From contig JAZNGM010000007.1 of assembly GCA_045576455.1 (NCBI GenBank), positions 101,287 to 133,286 of the forward strand: a DNA stretch of 32,000 nt, in the 5' to 3' direction. The position numbers and the translations under genes are program-made. The notes beneath the pieces are model-generated. The model saw only the letters and a list, made by a program, of their open reading frames with translations, made no database searches and was not told the DNA's origin. Positions 16,185 through 25,813 of the stretch are shown piece by piece (position 1 is the stretch's first letter; each line of letters starts with the position of its first letter). The DNA is from Lachnospiraceae bacterium (GTDB lineage: Bacteria > Bacillota > Clostridia > Lachnospirales > Lachnospiraceae).

Positions 16185-16850
16185 ATGGATAATCTGTATG
16201 TAAACATGGATGAATATTTACCGTTACGTGATGTGGTGTTTAAAACTTTGCGTCAGGCAATTCTTCGTGGGGAATTGAAACCCGGTGAGCGATTAATGGA
16301 AATACACCTTGCTAATCGCCTCGGCGTCAGCAGAACGCCTATCAGGGAAGCTATACGTAAGCTGGAACTTGAGGGACTTGTAAATATGGTTCCGAGAAAA
16401 GGCGCAGAAGTAGCCAATATTACCGAAAAAAGTCTTAAGGACGTATTAGAGGTACGAAGAGCATTGGATGCGCTTTCCATAGAGCTTGCGTGTGACAGGA
16501 TTACCGATGAGGCAATGGATTCTTTAAAAACGGCAAAGCTTGCGTTTGAGGAAGCGACCAAAACGGGAGATACTACAGTGATTGCCAAGAAGGATGTGGA
16601 ATTCCACGACATAATAATTGCGGCAGCAGGTAATGAACGTCTTACCGCTATGATTAATAACCTGGCAGAGCAGATGTACCGGTATCGTTTTGAATATATA
16701 AAAGATGCCAAAAACCATCAGAGAATTATTGAGGAGCATGATACTATTTTTGAAAGTCTCAAAAATAAGGACAAAGCAGCGGCGGCAAAAGCAGTTATTG
16801 CGCACATTGACAGCCAGGAGAAATCCATAATCCAGTTATTGAATCCGTAG
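16185..16850 (+). CDS. GntR-family transcriptional regulator (FadR/FCD subfamily)
   Basis: Winged HTH LANRLGVSRTPIREAIRKLELEGLV plus a helical FCD-type C-terminal domain. ATG 16185 lies 8 nt after AGGAGG. Confidence 0.9.
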   Translation: MDNLYVNMDEYLPLRDVVFKTLRQAILRGELKPGERLMEIHLANRLGVSRTPIREAIRKLELEGLVNMVPRKGAEVANITEKSLKDVLEVRRALDALSIELACDRITDEAMDSLKTAKLAFEEATKTGDTTVIAKKDVEFHDIIIAAAGNERLTAMINNLAEQMYRYRFEYIKDAKNHQRIIEEHDTIFESLKNKDKAAAAKAVIAHIDSQEKSIIQLLNP

Positions 16851-16988
16851 TGAACAACATATAATATAGAAAATATACTTATATAAAAATATAGTTATAA
16901 AACAGGAAATATTTGGAATAATTTTCTAAATTAGAGGCAATGCTTTTTATATCCGATTGGAAATGAAAAAGGGTATGGAGTGATTGTT

Positions 16989-17297
16989 ATGAAAACTATT
17001 ACGGAACATAAAAAATATACCGGGAAGTTACGGGAATGGTTATGGCTTATACTGGCAACGGTTTCTTTCTGGGGCATATTTTATCCGAATTTTACATTAA
17101 CACAGGATGTGTGTAAAATATATACGCAGGTAAGCGAAGAAACCGTTGATGAAGAAGAAAAGCAACAGTTAGAAGAGGAGCTTAACGGGCATATAGATAA
17201 AGTTAAGAACGAAGGCATTAAGATTTCAGATTTAAAAAAAGGTAAAGTAAGAGTAAAAAGCCGCTTCTTAAATTTTATAAAAAAGTGGTGGAATTGA
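16989..17297 (+). CDS. small single-pass membrane protein, unknown function
   Basis: ATG 16989 follows GGAG. TM segment WLWLILATVSFWGIFY, followed by an acidic then basic tail. Confidence 0.55.
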   Translation: MKTITEHKKYTGKLREWLWLILATVSFWGIFYPNFTLTQDVCKIYTQVSEETVDEEEKQQLEEELNGHIDKVKNEGIKISDLKKGKVRVKSRFLNFIKKWWN

Positions 17298-17328
17298 TAT
17301 AACATAGTATCAGGAGTAAGGTAAAAAA

Positions 17329-18165
17329 ATGATTACACAGGACAGAGGATGTAATGATGCACCGATAGGAGTATTTGATTCCGGTGTAGGCGGTCTTACG
17401 GTTGTGCGTGAGATTATGCGTCAGATACCAAATGAAAGAATTGTATATTTCGGGGATACCGCAAGGGTGCCTTATGGTAGCAAGTCCAAGGATACGGTAA
17501 CAAGATATTCAAGGCAGATAGCCCACTTTCTTCAGACACAAAATGTTAAGACTATTGTGGTTGCCTGTAATACAGCGAGTGCATATGCGCTTGAAGAACT
17601 TGAAAAAGAAATAGATATTCCGATGTTAGGCGTTGTTAAACCCGGAGCGAAGGCAGCGGTGGAAGCTACCAGAAACGGCAAAATCGGTGTTATCGCAACA
17701 GAGGGTACCATTGGAAGTAAAATATATTCCCAGTACATAAATCAACTTAAGCAGGATGCAACAGTAATTGGAAAAGCATGCCCGCTTTTTGTGCCGCTGG
17801 TTGAGGAAGGACTGTTACAGGACCCGGTAACCGATGAGATTGCCAGACGCTATCTTTCAGAGCTTAAGGATATAGGAATAGATACATTGATTTTGGGCTG
17901 TACCCATTATCCGTTAATAACGGAGACAGTAGGTAAGATTATGGGCGAGGAAGTGACACTCGTTAATCCGGCTTATGAAACGGCACGGGAACTTAAGGAG
18001 CTTCTTATAAACCACAACCTGCTGAATGACCGTCCGATGGAATTGGGAAAAAGTGGACATAGCTTTTATGTAAGTGATGCGGCAGAAAAGTTTAAAACAT
18101 TTGCCAATTCCATACTGAAGTATGGTATCTTGTCTGCTAAAATAATAAATGCTGAAACATATTAA
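17329..18165 (+). CDS. murI: glutamate racemase
   Basis: FDSGVGGLTV, ACNTAS and GCTHYP motifs, which include both catalytic Cys residues. Confidence 0.93.
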   Translation: MITQDRGCNDAPIGVFDSGVGGLTVVREIMRQIPNERIVYFGDTARVPYGSKSKDTVTRYSRQIAHFLQTQNVKTIVVACNTASAYALEELEKEIDIPMLGVVKPGAKAAVEATRNGKIGVIATEGTIGSKIYSQYINQLKQDATVIGKACPLFVPLVEEGLLQDPVTDEIARRYLSELKDIGIDTLILGCTHYPLITETVGKIMGEEVTLVNPAYETARELKELLINHNLLNDRPMELGKSGHSFYVSDAAEKFKTFANSILKYGILSAKIINAETY

Positions 18166-18176
18166 TGAGGTAAAGA

Positions 18177-18620
18177 ATGACTAAGGATGTATTACTTTCT
18201 ATCCGGGGACTGCAGTTTGAAGTAGAGCCGGAGGGAGATAAAATTGAGACGATAACCCCTGCAGAGTATTATTTGAAAAACGATGGACATTATATCCTGT
18301 ATGATGAACTGGCAGAGGGATTTACGGAAAATACAAGAAATATTATACATATTAAAAACAATGAGTTGAGTATTGTAAAGAGGGGCGTTATCAATGCCCA
18401 GATGTTGTTCTCACAGGATAAGAAGAACATGACAAGCTATATGACACCGTTTGGAAGTATTATGATTGGTATTGATACGAGAAAGGTGGATATTGCCGAA
18501 ACCGAGGACAGCATTAAAGTGCACATTGATTATTCATTAGAGCTTAATTATGAGCATTATGCGGATTGTAAAATTGATATGAACATACGGTCAAAAGAAA
18601 CAGGAGGAATGTTATTTTAA
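18177..18620 (+). CDS. DUF1934 (YwiB-like) beta-barrel protein
   Basis: Size and sequence pattern are typical of DUF1934 (LSIRGLQF...DGHYILYDE...). It sits downstream of murI. Confidence 0.7.
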   Translation: MTKDVLLSIRGLQFEVEPEGDKIETITPAEYYLKNDGHYILYDELAEGFTENTRNIIHIKNNELSIVKRGVINAQMLFSQDKKNMTSYMTPFGSIMIGIDTRKVDIAETEDSIKVHIDYSLELNYEHYADCKIDMNIRSKETGGMLF

Positions 18621-18640
18621 CATTCCTCCCTAAATTTTTC
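18603..18640. terminator. bidirectional rho-independent terminator
   Basis: GGAGGAATGTTA / TAACATTCCTCC, a 12-bp perfect stem with a 3-nt loop. T-rich tracts follow on both strands. Confidence 0.8.
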
Positions 18641-18690
18641 ATATTACTATTTGATTTCTTATTATTGTATCAGATGCTTTGTAACAGATG

Positions 18691-19185
18691 TTACTTAAGT
18701 GGTTTTGCACCGGCCTTTTCCTGCATTCTCTCAACGAAACGTGCATAACGGCCTTTCTTCTTCGCTTTTTTCTTACCCTTTCCTTCAGGAACAGGAAGAG
18801 GACCACGAACGCCTCTTACTTCAGTAATGTACATACCACTGATAACGGCCTTAACTTCTTTCTTAACAGGAACCATGTCGAAAATCTTGCTGTCGCATAC
18901 CATAGACATAACCTGTGGACCAATCTTGGCTTTTACGATAGGAAGTTTGGAACGACGCATCATCTTAGGTGTCTGCTCAATAACGTTTTGTGGAAGACCG
19001 GAATCTTTGATTTTTAATTTCTTCTTATCAATAACCAGCATCGACACGGTTTGCTTGTGGGCTTCAATCTGAGCCTGCTGTGCATCCTGTCTCTTCTGCA
19101 ACTTACGTCCTATTATATAAAGAACAATTAATAATACTAAAATAACACCAAGAACAATTAATAAAACTGTAAAAAAAGTACCCAT
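18691..19185 (-). CDS. membrane-anchored protein with a lysine-rich C-terminal tail, unknown function
   Basis: N-terminal TM FFTVLLIVLGVILVLLIVLYII. C-terminus GKGKKKAKKKGRYARF. ATG 19185 lies 12 nt after AGGAGG, which is long spacing, so the start is uncertain. Confidence 0.65.
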   Translation of the reverse strand: MGTFFTVLLIVLGVILVLLIVLYIIGRKLQKRQDAQQAQIEAHKQTVSMLVIDKKKLKIKDSGLPQNVIEQTPKMMRRSKLPIVKAKIGPQVMSMVCDSKIFDMVPVKKEVKAVISGMYITEVRGVRGPLPVPEGKGKKKAKKKGRYARFVERMQEKAGAKPLK

Positions 19186-19340
19186 GTATAAATATAACCT
19201 CCTGAAACTAATGGCAATGCATATTTCGATTTGCATTGTCAGCACGAGTATTGTATCATTATTCTATACATCGTGCAAGCGTTTCCTGAATAAATAAGGA
19301 AGGATGTATTGTACGGATTTGTGGTAAGAAGGAGTAGAAA

Positions 19341-20813
19341 ATGGCTGATGTAATGCAGGTTTTAGGGGATATCGTAAAATTCATTTTAGACCATATTGTT
19401 TTTATTAATATACTGCTTTCCATCATAGTGGTTTTCTTTCAACGCAAGGAGCCGGCTAGTGCATGGGCGTGGTTACTTATTCTGTATGCCATTCCTATTA
19501 TCGGTTTTGTGTTCTACGTTTTGGCGGGTATGGACTTCCATAAGCGTAAGATGTTTAGGACGAAAGAGATTGAGGACAAGGTTAATGAGACTATAAGACA
19601 ACAGGAAAAAAGTATCCGGTCAAGTGATCTGGATGAATATGCACCGGAATTATCAAGATTCAAAGATTTGATGATGTATAATCTGGAAAGCAATGCCTCT
19701 GTTCTTACAAATGATAATGCTATAAAGATATTTAGTGATGGTAACGATAAATTTGATTCCCTTGTGGAAGATATTAAAAATGCCAAAGAGTATATCTTTT
19801 TACAGTACTATATCATTAAGAACGATCTCCTTTTTACAAGAATAAAAGACGAGCTTATTAAAAAAGCACATGAAGGCGTTGATGTAAAAATCCTGTACGA
19901 TGCCATGGGCTGCAGGACAATCCGTAAGTCCTATTGGAAGAAGCTTAGAAAAGAAGGCATTGAAACGGTAGAATTCTTTCCTGCCAAGATGAGAAGACTT
20001 CATGTCCGTATCAATTACAGAAACCATCGTAAGATTGTTGTGATTGACGGTAAAGTGGGTTATGTGGGCGGATACAATATCGGAAAAGAATATATCGGAC
20101 TGAGTAAGCGTTTCGGATATTGGAGAGATACGCATTTAAGAGTAGAAGGTTCGGCAGTATTCGATTTGATGGCACACTTTATGCTTGACTGGAATTATTC
20201 CTCCGGACAGAATATTTTTGAAAACGAGAAATACCGGTTTATACCGCCCGAGACGCCGGTTGGTAATAATCTGATGCAGATTATTTCTTCGGGTCCGGAT
20301 TCCAAGTATAAGAATATCAGAAATAACTATATTAAATTAATAAGTAAAGCGCGGAAATCCATATATATCCAGACGCCATACTTTATTCCGGATGAGGCAG
20401 TATTAAGTTCTCTGTTAATTGCATGCAATTCCGGTGTGGAAGTTAATCTGATGATACCATGCAAGCCGGATCATCCGTTTGTTTATTGGGCAACGTATTC
20501 CTACATGGGAGACCTGGTAAAAGCAGGTGCCAACTGCTATTTATATAATGACGGATTCCTGCATGCCAAAGGGGTAATGATTGACGGAAAAGTATTTTGT
20601 TACGGTACGGCGAATATGGATATACGAAGCTTCAGTCTGAATTTTGAAGTGAATGCCGTAGTGTATTCGGAAGAGGAAACGTTAAAAATGGAAGCCCTAT
20701 TTAACGAAGATGTGAAAAAGTCAACGTTAGTAACACGGGATGAATATTTGGAACGAGGCGTATTTTTGCGGTTTAAGGAGCAATGTTGCAGGCTTCTTTC
20801 GCCGATTTTATAA
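19341..20813 (+). CDS. cls: cardiolipin synthase
   Basis: Two N-terminal TM segments and two HKD motifs (HRKIVVIDGKVGYVGGYN and HAKGVMIDGKVFCYGTAN). Confidence 0.92.
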   Translation: MADVMQVLGDIVKFILDHIVFINILLSIIVVFFQRKEPASAWAWLLILYAIPIIGFVFYVLAGMDFHKRKMFRTKEIEDKVNETIRQQEKSIRSSDLDEYAPELSRFKDLMMYNLESNASVLTNDNAIKIFSDGNDKFDSLVEDIKNAKEYIFLQYYIIKNDLLFTRIKDELIKKAHEGVDVKILYDAMGCRTIRKSYWKKLRKEGIETVEFFPAKMRRLHVRINYRNHRKIVVIDGKVGYVGGYNIGKEYIGLSKRFGYWRDTHLRVEGSAVFDLMAHFMLDWNYSSGQNIFENEKYRFIPPETPVGNNLMQIISSGPDSKYKNIRNNYIKLISKARKSIYIQTPYFIPDEAVLSSLLIACNSGVEVNLMIPCKPDHPFVYWATYSYMGDLVKAGANCYLYNDGFLHAKGVMIDGKVFCYGTANMDIRSFSLNFEVNAVVYSEEETLKMEALFNEDVKKSTLVTRDEYLERGVFLRFKEQCCRLLSPIL

Positions 20814-20928
20814 ATGTGAAGTTTTTGTTAATTTCAATGAAACACTTTAAAAAAATCCAATTGTATGGTATAAGTGTTATGTTGTTTTAAAAATCCGCCG
20901 TGTAAGCGGACGAAGATGGGAGTATTTT

Positions 20929-22050
20929 ATGAAGAGAAAATTAGCATTATTGTTAGTGGCTATTATGACTATATCACTTTTTGCAGGATGTGGTGCTAAG
21001 TCAAACAATACGAAGAAAGATGATGAGACCAAGGAAACGCTCGCAGCGCTTGATACTTCATTATATGTTAAGCTGGGAGATTATAAGGGACTTACGGTTA
21101 ACGTAGGGGTAGAAGAGATTACGGACGAGTATGTGGATACTTATATTAAAGAGTATCTTTTGGCATCCTTTGGTGAGACAACAGAGCTTACTGCTGACGA
21201 TACCGTACAAGAGGGTGACAATGTTGAGTTTACCTGTGTTGGTAAAGTAGACGGAGAAGTATTTGATGGCGGTAGCACACAAGGCGATGATACATGGGAA
21301 GTAATCATCGGTTCGGATTCAATGATTCCGGGCTTTGAAGATGGCTTTATCGGAATGAAAATAGGTGAGACAAGAGATGTTAAGGCTACTTTCCCGGAAG
21401 ATTACGGTAAAGATGATCTTAATGGTAAAGAGGCGGTGTTTACCGTTGAACTTGTATCTGCATCCAGAACAGTCAGTCCTACCGAGTTAACGCAGGAAGT
21501 ACTTGATTATTATGAGTACGAGGATGAAGAAGCGTGCAGGCAGGGTGTAAGAGAACTCTTGGAAGAAAGCGCACTTTTAGAATATGAAGATAATCTTATG
21601 GCGGCTATTATCGCTGAAGTAAGAAAAAGCTGTGAGTTCCCTGATACACCACAGTTCTTAATCGACGTTTTTAAAGAAAGCCAGAAAGAGTATTATGAAT
21701 ATACTGCATCCTATTATGACATGGATATTAAGGAATTTGTTGAACAGGTATGCGGCATGACAATGGAAGATTATGAAACGGAAATTAATGACATAGCGGT
21801 TTCTTATGCAAATCAGTATGTAATGTATGAAGCAATTGCCGATGCTGAAGGAATTGAAATATCAGATGAAGAACTTGATAAGTATGCGGAAGAAACTGCT
21901 TCAGAATATCAGTATGATTCTATCCAGGCGTTGTACGAAGACTTCGGACGTGATGATTACAGAGATTTCGTAATGGTTCAGAAGGTTATGGATTTCCTTA
22001 AAGAGAATATCAGCAATCCGTCAGCACCTGCCAAGACAGCTACAGAATAA
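20929..22050 (+). CDS. lipoprotein with trigger-factor-like FKBP PPIase and C-terminal chaperone domains
   Basis: Lipobox FAGC. FKBP-type segment GDNVEFTCVGKVDGEVFDGG...IPGFEDGFIGMKIGETRDV. Acidic helical C-terminal domain. No ribosome-binding N-terminal domain. Confidence 0.75.
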   Translation: MKRKLALLLVAIMTISLFAGCGAKSNNTKKDDETKETLAALDTSLYVKLGDYKGLTVNVGVEEITDEYVDTYIKEYLLASFGETTELTADDTVQEGDNVEFTCVGKVDGEVFDGGSTQGDDTWEVIIGSDSMIPGFEDGFIGMKIGETRDVKATFPEDYGKDDLNGKEAVFTVELVSASRTVSPTELTQEVLDYYEYEDEEACRQGVRELLEESALLEYEDNLMAAIIAEVRKSCEFPDTPQFLIDVFKESQKEYYEYTASYYDMDIKEFVEQVCGMTMEDYETEINDIAVSYANQYVMYEAIADAEGIEISDEELDKYAEETASEYQYDSIQALYEDFGRDDYRDFVMVQKVMDFLKENISNPSAPAKTATE

Positions 22051-22103
22051 TGAAGAATAAAGAATGATATAGAGTAAAATATTAAAAATAATATATAAAA
22101 AGT

Positions 22104-22138
22104 AAGGATGTCCACATTAAGCGTGTGGACATCCTTTT
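22104..22138 (+). terminator. hairpin terminator overlapping the 3' end of the convergent murE
   Basis: AAGGATGTCCAC / GTGGACATCCTT, a 12-bp stem with a 9-nt loop, then TTTTGC. The murE stop codon lies in the loop. Confidence 0.75.
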
Positions 22139-23607
22139 GCATATTCTTCAATAATTTCACGTTCGTTAAACGGATATTTCTGTCCTTTGATTTCCTGATA
22201 GTCTTCATGCCCTTTGCCAAGAAGTATAATAATGTCTCCGTCCTCGGCATGATCCATGCAGTATATAATGGCTTCTTTGCGGTCTTCAATTTCAATGTAT
22301 TTACCATTGCTTTTATGAAGTCCGATCTTGATATCATCATTAATCGCTGAAATCTCTTCGTCCCGCGGATTGTCGCAGGTAAGAACACTTAAGTCGGCCA
22401 TCTTGCCGCATAACTCGCCCATGGCATAACGGCGGAGTCTGGAACGGTTACCGCCACAGCCGTAAACACATATAATACGTTTCGGATTGTATTGTAAAAT
22501 GGTACTTAGTAAGCTTTCCACACTGGCTTCATTATGGGCATAGTCAATCATGATAGTGAAGCGTGGACTTACCGGAACAATTTCAACGCGTCCTTTTACC
22601 TGAACATCTTTTAATGCGTTTAGGGTTATGCCGTTATCAATGTTAAGGGCGTGTGCAACAGATAATGCCACGAGGGAATTATATACACTGAAATACCCCG
22701 GTACATTCGTTGCAACATGCTCATTCATAAGACCGGTCACATCATATTCCATACCGAGAACACCCGGCTGATGGACGAAAGTTACGTTGGTTGCCTGAAT
22801 ATCTGCCGGCTGCTTAGCGCCATACGTCATTATGCTGCAGGTATGTTCTTTCGTTACGCCGATATGTGCTTCGTCATCAACATTAATGATACCCAGTTTA
22901 CAACGTTGGAACAAAAGACTCTTACAATACAGGTATTCTTCCATGGAAGCGTGTTCGTTAGGACCGATGTGATCGGAACTGAAATTGGTAAATACCCCGA
23001 TGTCAAAAGTAAAACCGGCAACGCGGTCAAGTTTTAAGCCTTGGCTGGATACTTCCATTACGCAGTATTTGCATCCTTCCTCAACCATAATGGAGAAAAG
23101 GCGTTGTAACTCATAGCTTTCCGGAGTGGTATTGGCCGTTTTGTGTAATTTCCCGTTAATAACGGCACCGATAGTGCCGATGATGCCTACTTTCGCGCCG
23201 GTCGCATTTAAAATTGACTGGAGCATATAGGAAGTAGTTGTCTTACCCTTTGTACCTGTTATGCCGATAGTCGTAAGCTTTTTTGCCGGATGGTCAAAAT
23301 AGGCAGCAGAACAAATTGCAAGGGAATAACGGTTATTTTTTGCCCGTAAAAAAGTGGTGCCAGGATTGCCGGAAATCCATTCCTTAGGAATGTCGTGGTC
23401 TGTAAGAACCACGGAAGCACCTTTTTCAATTACTTCCGGAATAAGTTCATGGGAATCTCTGGTAGTTCCCTGAATACAGATAAACATACAATCCGGAATA
23501 ATCTTACGGGAATCATATATAATATCACTTATTTCTATATCTTCAAAAGAAGAGGCCGCATTAAGTACGGTATATTCAAGTTCGGATATAATCTGATTTA
23601 ATTTCAT
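22117..23607 (-). CDS. murE: UDP-N-acetylmuramoyl-L-alanyl-D-glutamate--2,6-diaminopimelate ligase
   Basis: P-loop GITGTKGKTTT. DNPR motif (LTCDNPRDEE), characteristic of meso-DAP-adding MurE. ATGA overlap with the dapF stop codon. Confidence 0.93.
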   Translation of the reverse strand: MKLNQIISELEYTVLNAASSFEDIEISDIIYDSRKIIPDCMFICIQGTTRDSHELIPEVIEKGASVVLTDHDIPKEWISGNPGTTFLRAKNNRYSLAICSAAYFDHPAKKLTTIGITGTKGKTTTSYMLQSILNATGAKVGIIGTIGAVINGKLHKTANTTPESYELQRLFSIMVEEGCKYCVMEVSSQGLKLDRVAGFTFDIGVFTNFSSDHIGPNEHASMEEYLYCKSLLFQRCKLGIINVDDEAHIGVTKEHTCSIMTYGAKQPADIQATNVTFVHQPGVLGMEYDVTGLMNEHVATNVPGYFSVYNSLVALSVAHALNIDNGITLNALKDVQVKGRVEIVPVSPRFTIMIDYAHNEASVESLLSTILQYNPKRIICVYGCGGNRSRLRRYAMGELCGKMADLSVLTCDNPRDEEISAINDDIKIGLHKSNGKYIEIEDRKEAIIYCMDHAEDGDIIILLGKGHEDYQEIKGQKYPFNEREIIEEYAKGCPHA

Positions 23608-24455
23608 AAGGCAGGCACCTCGATTTCTGCTTCAAATACGGTATGGGATGGACCGGTCATAAGGACATGTCCGCTTTCTTCATCCCATTCAACAAGAAGA
23701 GGACCGCCAATCTGTTCAACCGTTACTTTGCGGTCACACATATCAAGTAAGATAGCCCCTACAACAGCAGTACAGCACCCGGTACCACATCCGATAGTTT
23801 CCCCTGTGCCACGTTCCCACTCGCGTATCTTAATGTAATCGCGGCTTACAAATTCCGCAAAGGTAACATTGGTGCGGTTAGGGAATAGGGTTGTCATATT
23901 TTCAAGTGCCGGACCGTATTTTGCCACATCAAGATTAGCAACGTCTTCAACGAAAGTTACCATATGGGGATTGCCCCATGACACGGCAGTTACATAAAAG
24001 GTTCTGTCGATAACTTCCACAGGCTGGTTGATAAATTCAGGTAAATCCGTAACCACCGGAATAATGGAGGTATTAAGTCTCGGAGCACCGATGTTAGCCT
24101 TAATATTAACGGCAAGACCATCTTGAACGGTTAAGAATACGTGCTGGATTCCACCGAGTGTTTCGATAAAGAGCTCCTCCTTATCCGTAAGCTTATGGTC
24201 GTACACATATTTTGAAACACTTCGTAAAGCATTACCACACATTTCGCCTTCCGAGCCGTCCGGATTAAATACACGCATCCTGAAATCTGCAACCTCAGAC
24301 GGACAGATGAGAATCATACCGTCTGAACCGACTGCAAAGTGCCGGTCGCTGATAAAGCGGGCAAGTTTGTTTAAGTCAGGCAAAGACTGGTGGATGGCAT
24401 CAATATAAACGTAGTCATTACCGTATGCCTGCATTTTCGTAAATTTTATTTTCAT
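23604..24455 (-). CDS. dapF: diaminopimelate epimerase
   Basis: MQAYGNDYVYID N-terminus. Both catalytic Cys contexts are present (GEMCGNALR and TIGCGTGCC). ATG 24455 follows AAGGA. Confidence 0.92.
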   Translation of the reverse strand: MKIKFTKMQAYGNDYVYIDAIHQSLPDLNKLARFISDRHFAVGSDGMILICPSEVADFRMRVFNPDGSEGEMCGNALRSVSKYVYDHKLTDKEELFIETLGGIQHVFLTVQDGLAVNIKANIGAPRLNTSIIPVVTDLPEFINQPVEVIDRTFYVTAVSWGNPHMVTFVEDVANLDVAKYGPALENMTTLFPNRTNVTFAEFVSRDYIKIREWERGTGETIGCGTGCCTAVVGAILLDMCDRKVTVEQIGGPLLVEWDEESGHVLMTGPSHTVFEAEIEVPAL

Positions 24456-24477
24456 AGTCAGTATCCTTTTTTGTATT

Positions 24478-25659
24478 TTATCCGTTAAGTGCCCTGTCAA
24501 GGTCTGCGATAATATCATCAGGATGTTCAAGGCCAATGGAAATACGGAGGAAAGTTTCCGTAATTCCTAACTTCTGACGGGTTTCTTCTTTTAATGATTC
24601 GTGTGTCTGGGTTCTTGGGTACGTAATTAAAGTTTCTGTTCCTCCAAGACTTTCCGCAAACATAATCATATCTACATCATTAAGTAACTTCTCTACGGTT
24701 TCAAAACTGTCTACGTTAAAAGAAATCATGCCGCCAAAACCGGTCGTCTGCTTCTTGGTAATCTCATACTGCGGATGATCTTCAAAGCCTACGTAATATA
24801 CTTTTGTAACCTTTTTCTGGCTTCGTAACCAATGGGCTACCTTCATAGCATTTTCATTGTGGCGGTCCATTCTTAACTGTAAAGTTTTAAGACCACGTAA
24901 CAGTAACCAGGAATCAAGGGAAGCAAGACCGTTACCATGGGACTTTAACTGTAATCTCATATGGTCTGCAAGTTCCTGTGTATTAACAACCACGATACCG
25001 GCAATAACGTCGTTATGACCACAGATGTATTTGGTCGCACTGTGTACAACGGCATCGGCACCCAGCTTGAGCGGCTTCTGGAAGTAAGGTGTTAAGAAGG
25101 TGTTGTCTACAATCGTAAGTGCACCGACTTCCTTGGCAAGCTTGGATATAGCTTCAATATCCGCTACCTTCATCATTGGGTTGGTAGGGGTTTCTATAAA
25201 TACAATTCTTGTCTTATCCGTAAGATTTGCTTTTACCTCTTCAATATTGCACATATCAACATAAGTAAAAGTACAACCGTATTTTGTGAAGATGTCCTCA
25301 CCGATACGGTAAGTGCCGCCGTATATATCGTCGGTTAAGAGTACGTGGTCACCCGGATTTAATATCGTAAAGAGTGCCATGTTGGCAGCCTGCCCACTGG
25401 AAAGGGCAAATCCTTCCAGACCTTCTTCCAAAATCGCCATGGTACGTTCAAGTTCCTGGCGGGTAGGATTTTGTAAACGGGAGTAATCATAGCCCGTGGA
25501 ATTAAAAAGACCTTTATGTCTGAATGTTGCTGTCTGATAAATAGGGAAACTAACGGCACCCGTTATAGGGTCGTTCCCCAATGCACCATGGATGGCACGT
25601 GATTCAAAATGTAAATTTTCTTTCTTGTCATAATCGGTAAAGTTACTGAAATTCTTCAT
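24478..25659 (-). CDS. Cys/Met-metabolism PLP-dependent enzyme (cystathionine gamma-synthase / beta-lyase / gamma-lyase family)
   Basis: PLP-lysine motif HSATKYICGHND and family-typical length. ATG 25659 lies 5 nt after GGAGG. Confidence 0.85.
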   Translation of the reverse strand: MKNFSNFTDYDKKENLHFESRAIHGALGNDPITGAVSFPIYQTATFRHKGLFNSTGYDYSRLQNPTRQELERTMAILEEGLEGFALSSGQAANMALFTILNPGDHVLLTDDIYGGTYRIGEDIFTKYGCTFTYVDMCNIEEVKANLTDKTRIVFIETPTNPMMKVADIEAISKLAKEVGALTIVDNTFLTPYFQKPLKLGADAVVHSATKYICGHNDVIAGIVVVNTQELADHMRLQLKSHGNGLASLDSWLLLRGLKTLQLRMDRHNENAMKVAHWLRSQKKVTKVYYVGFEDHPQYEITKKQTTGFGGMISFNVDSFETVEKLLNDVDMIMFAESLGGTETLITYPRTQTHESLKEETRQKLGITETFLRISIGLEHPDDIIADLDRALNG

Positions 25660-25693
25660 GTTAACCTCCATTCTCAAACCCTTTTATACTTGT

Positions 25694-25722
25694 ATTATAA
25701 CCAACATTTTTTGCATATTCAA
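25694..25722 (-). promoter_or_regulatory. sigma-A promoter of the PLP-enzyme/dapF/murE operon
   Basis: On the minus strand: TTGAAT (25722-25717), a 17-nt spacer, then TATAAT (25699-25694). The leader is only ~30 nt. Confidence 0.6.
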
Positions 25723-25743
25723 ACTAAAATAATGCTGTTTATG

Positions 25744-25773
25744 TTGCAAATAGTGCTATAAAGAGCGTATAGT
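25744..25773 (+). promoter_or_regulatory. sigma-A promoter candidate for the AraC-family gene
   Basis: TTGCAA (25744-25749), an 18-nt spacer, then TATAGT (25768-25773). Confidence 0.35.
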
Positions 25774-25813
25774 GGAACTAATAGAAATTTATGTACAAGG
25801 ATTAGGGTAAAAA

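Noticed and set aside
25678-25813. Searched for an S-box (SAM) riboswitch or T-box upstream of the Cys/Met PLP enzyme gene, and likewise for a T-box at 29704-29848 upstream of the MetRS-like gene
   Set aside because: The promoters leave leaders of only ~30-40 nt. That leaves no room for a riboswitch or T-box, and no specifier, T-box or SAM-box conserved sequences are visible.
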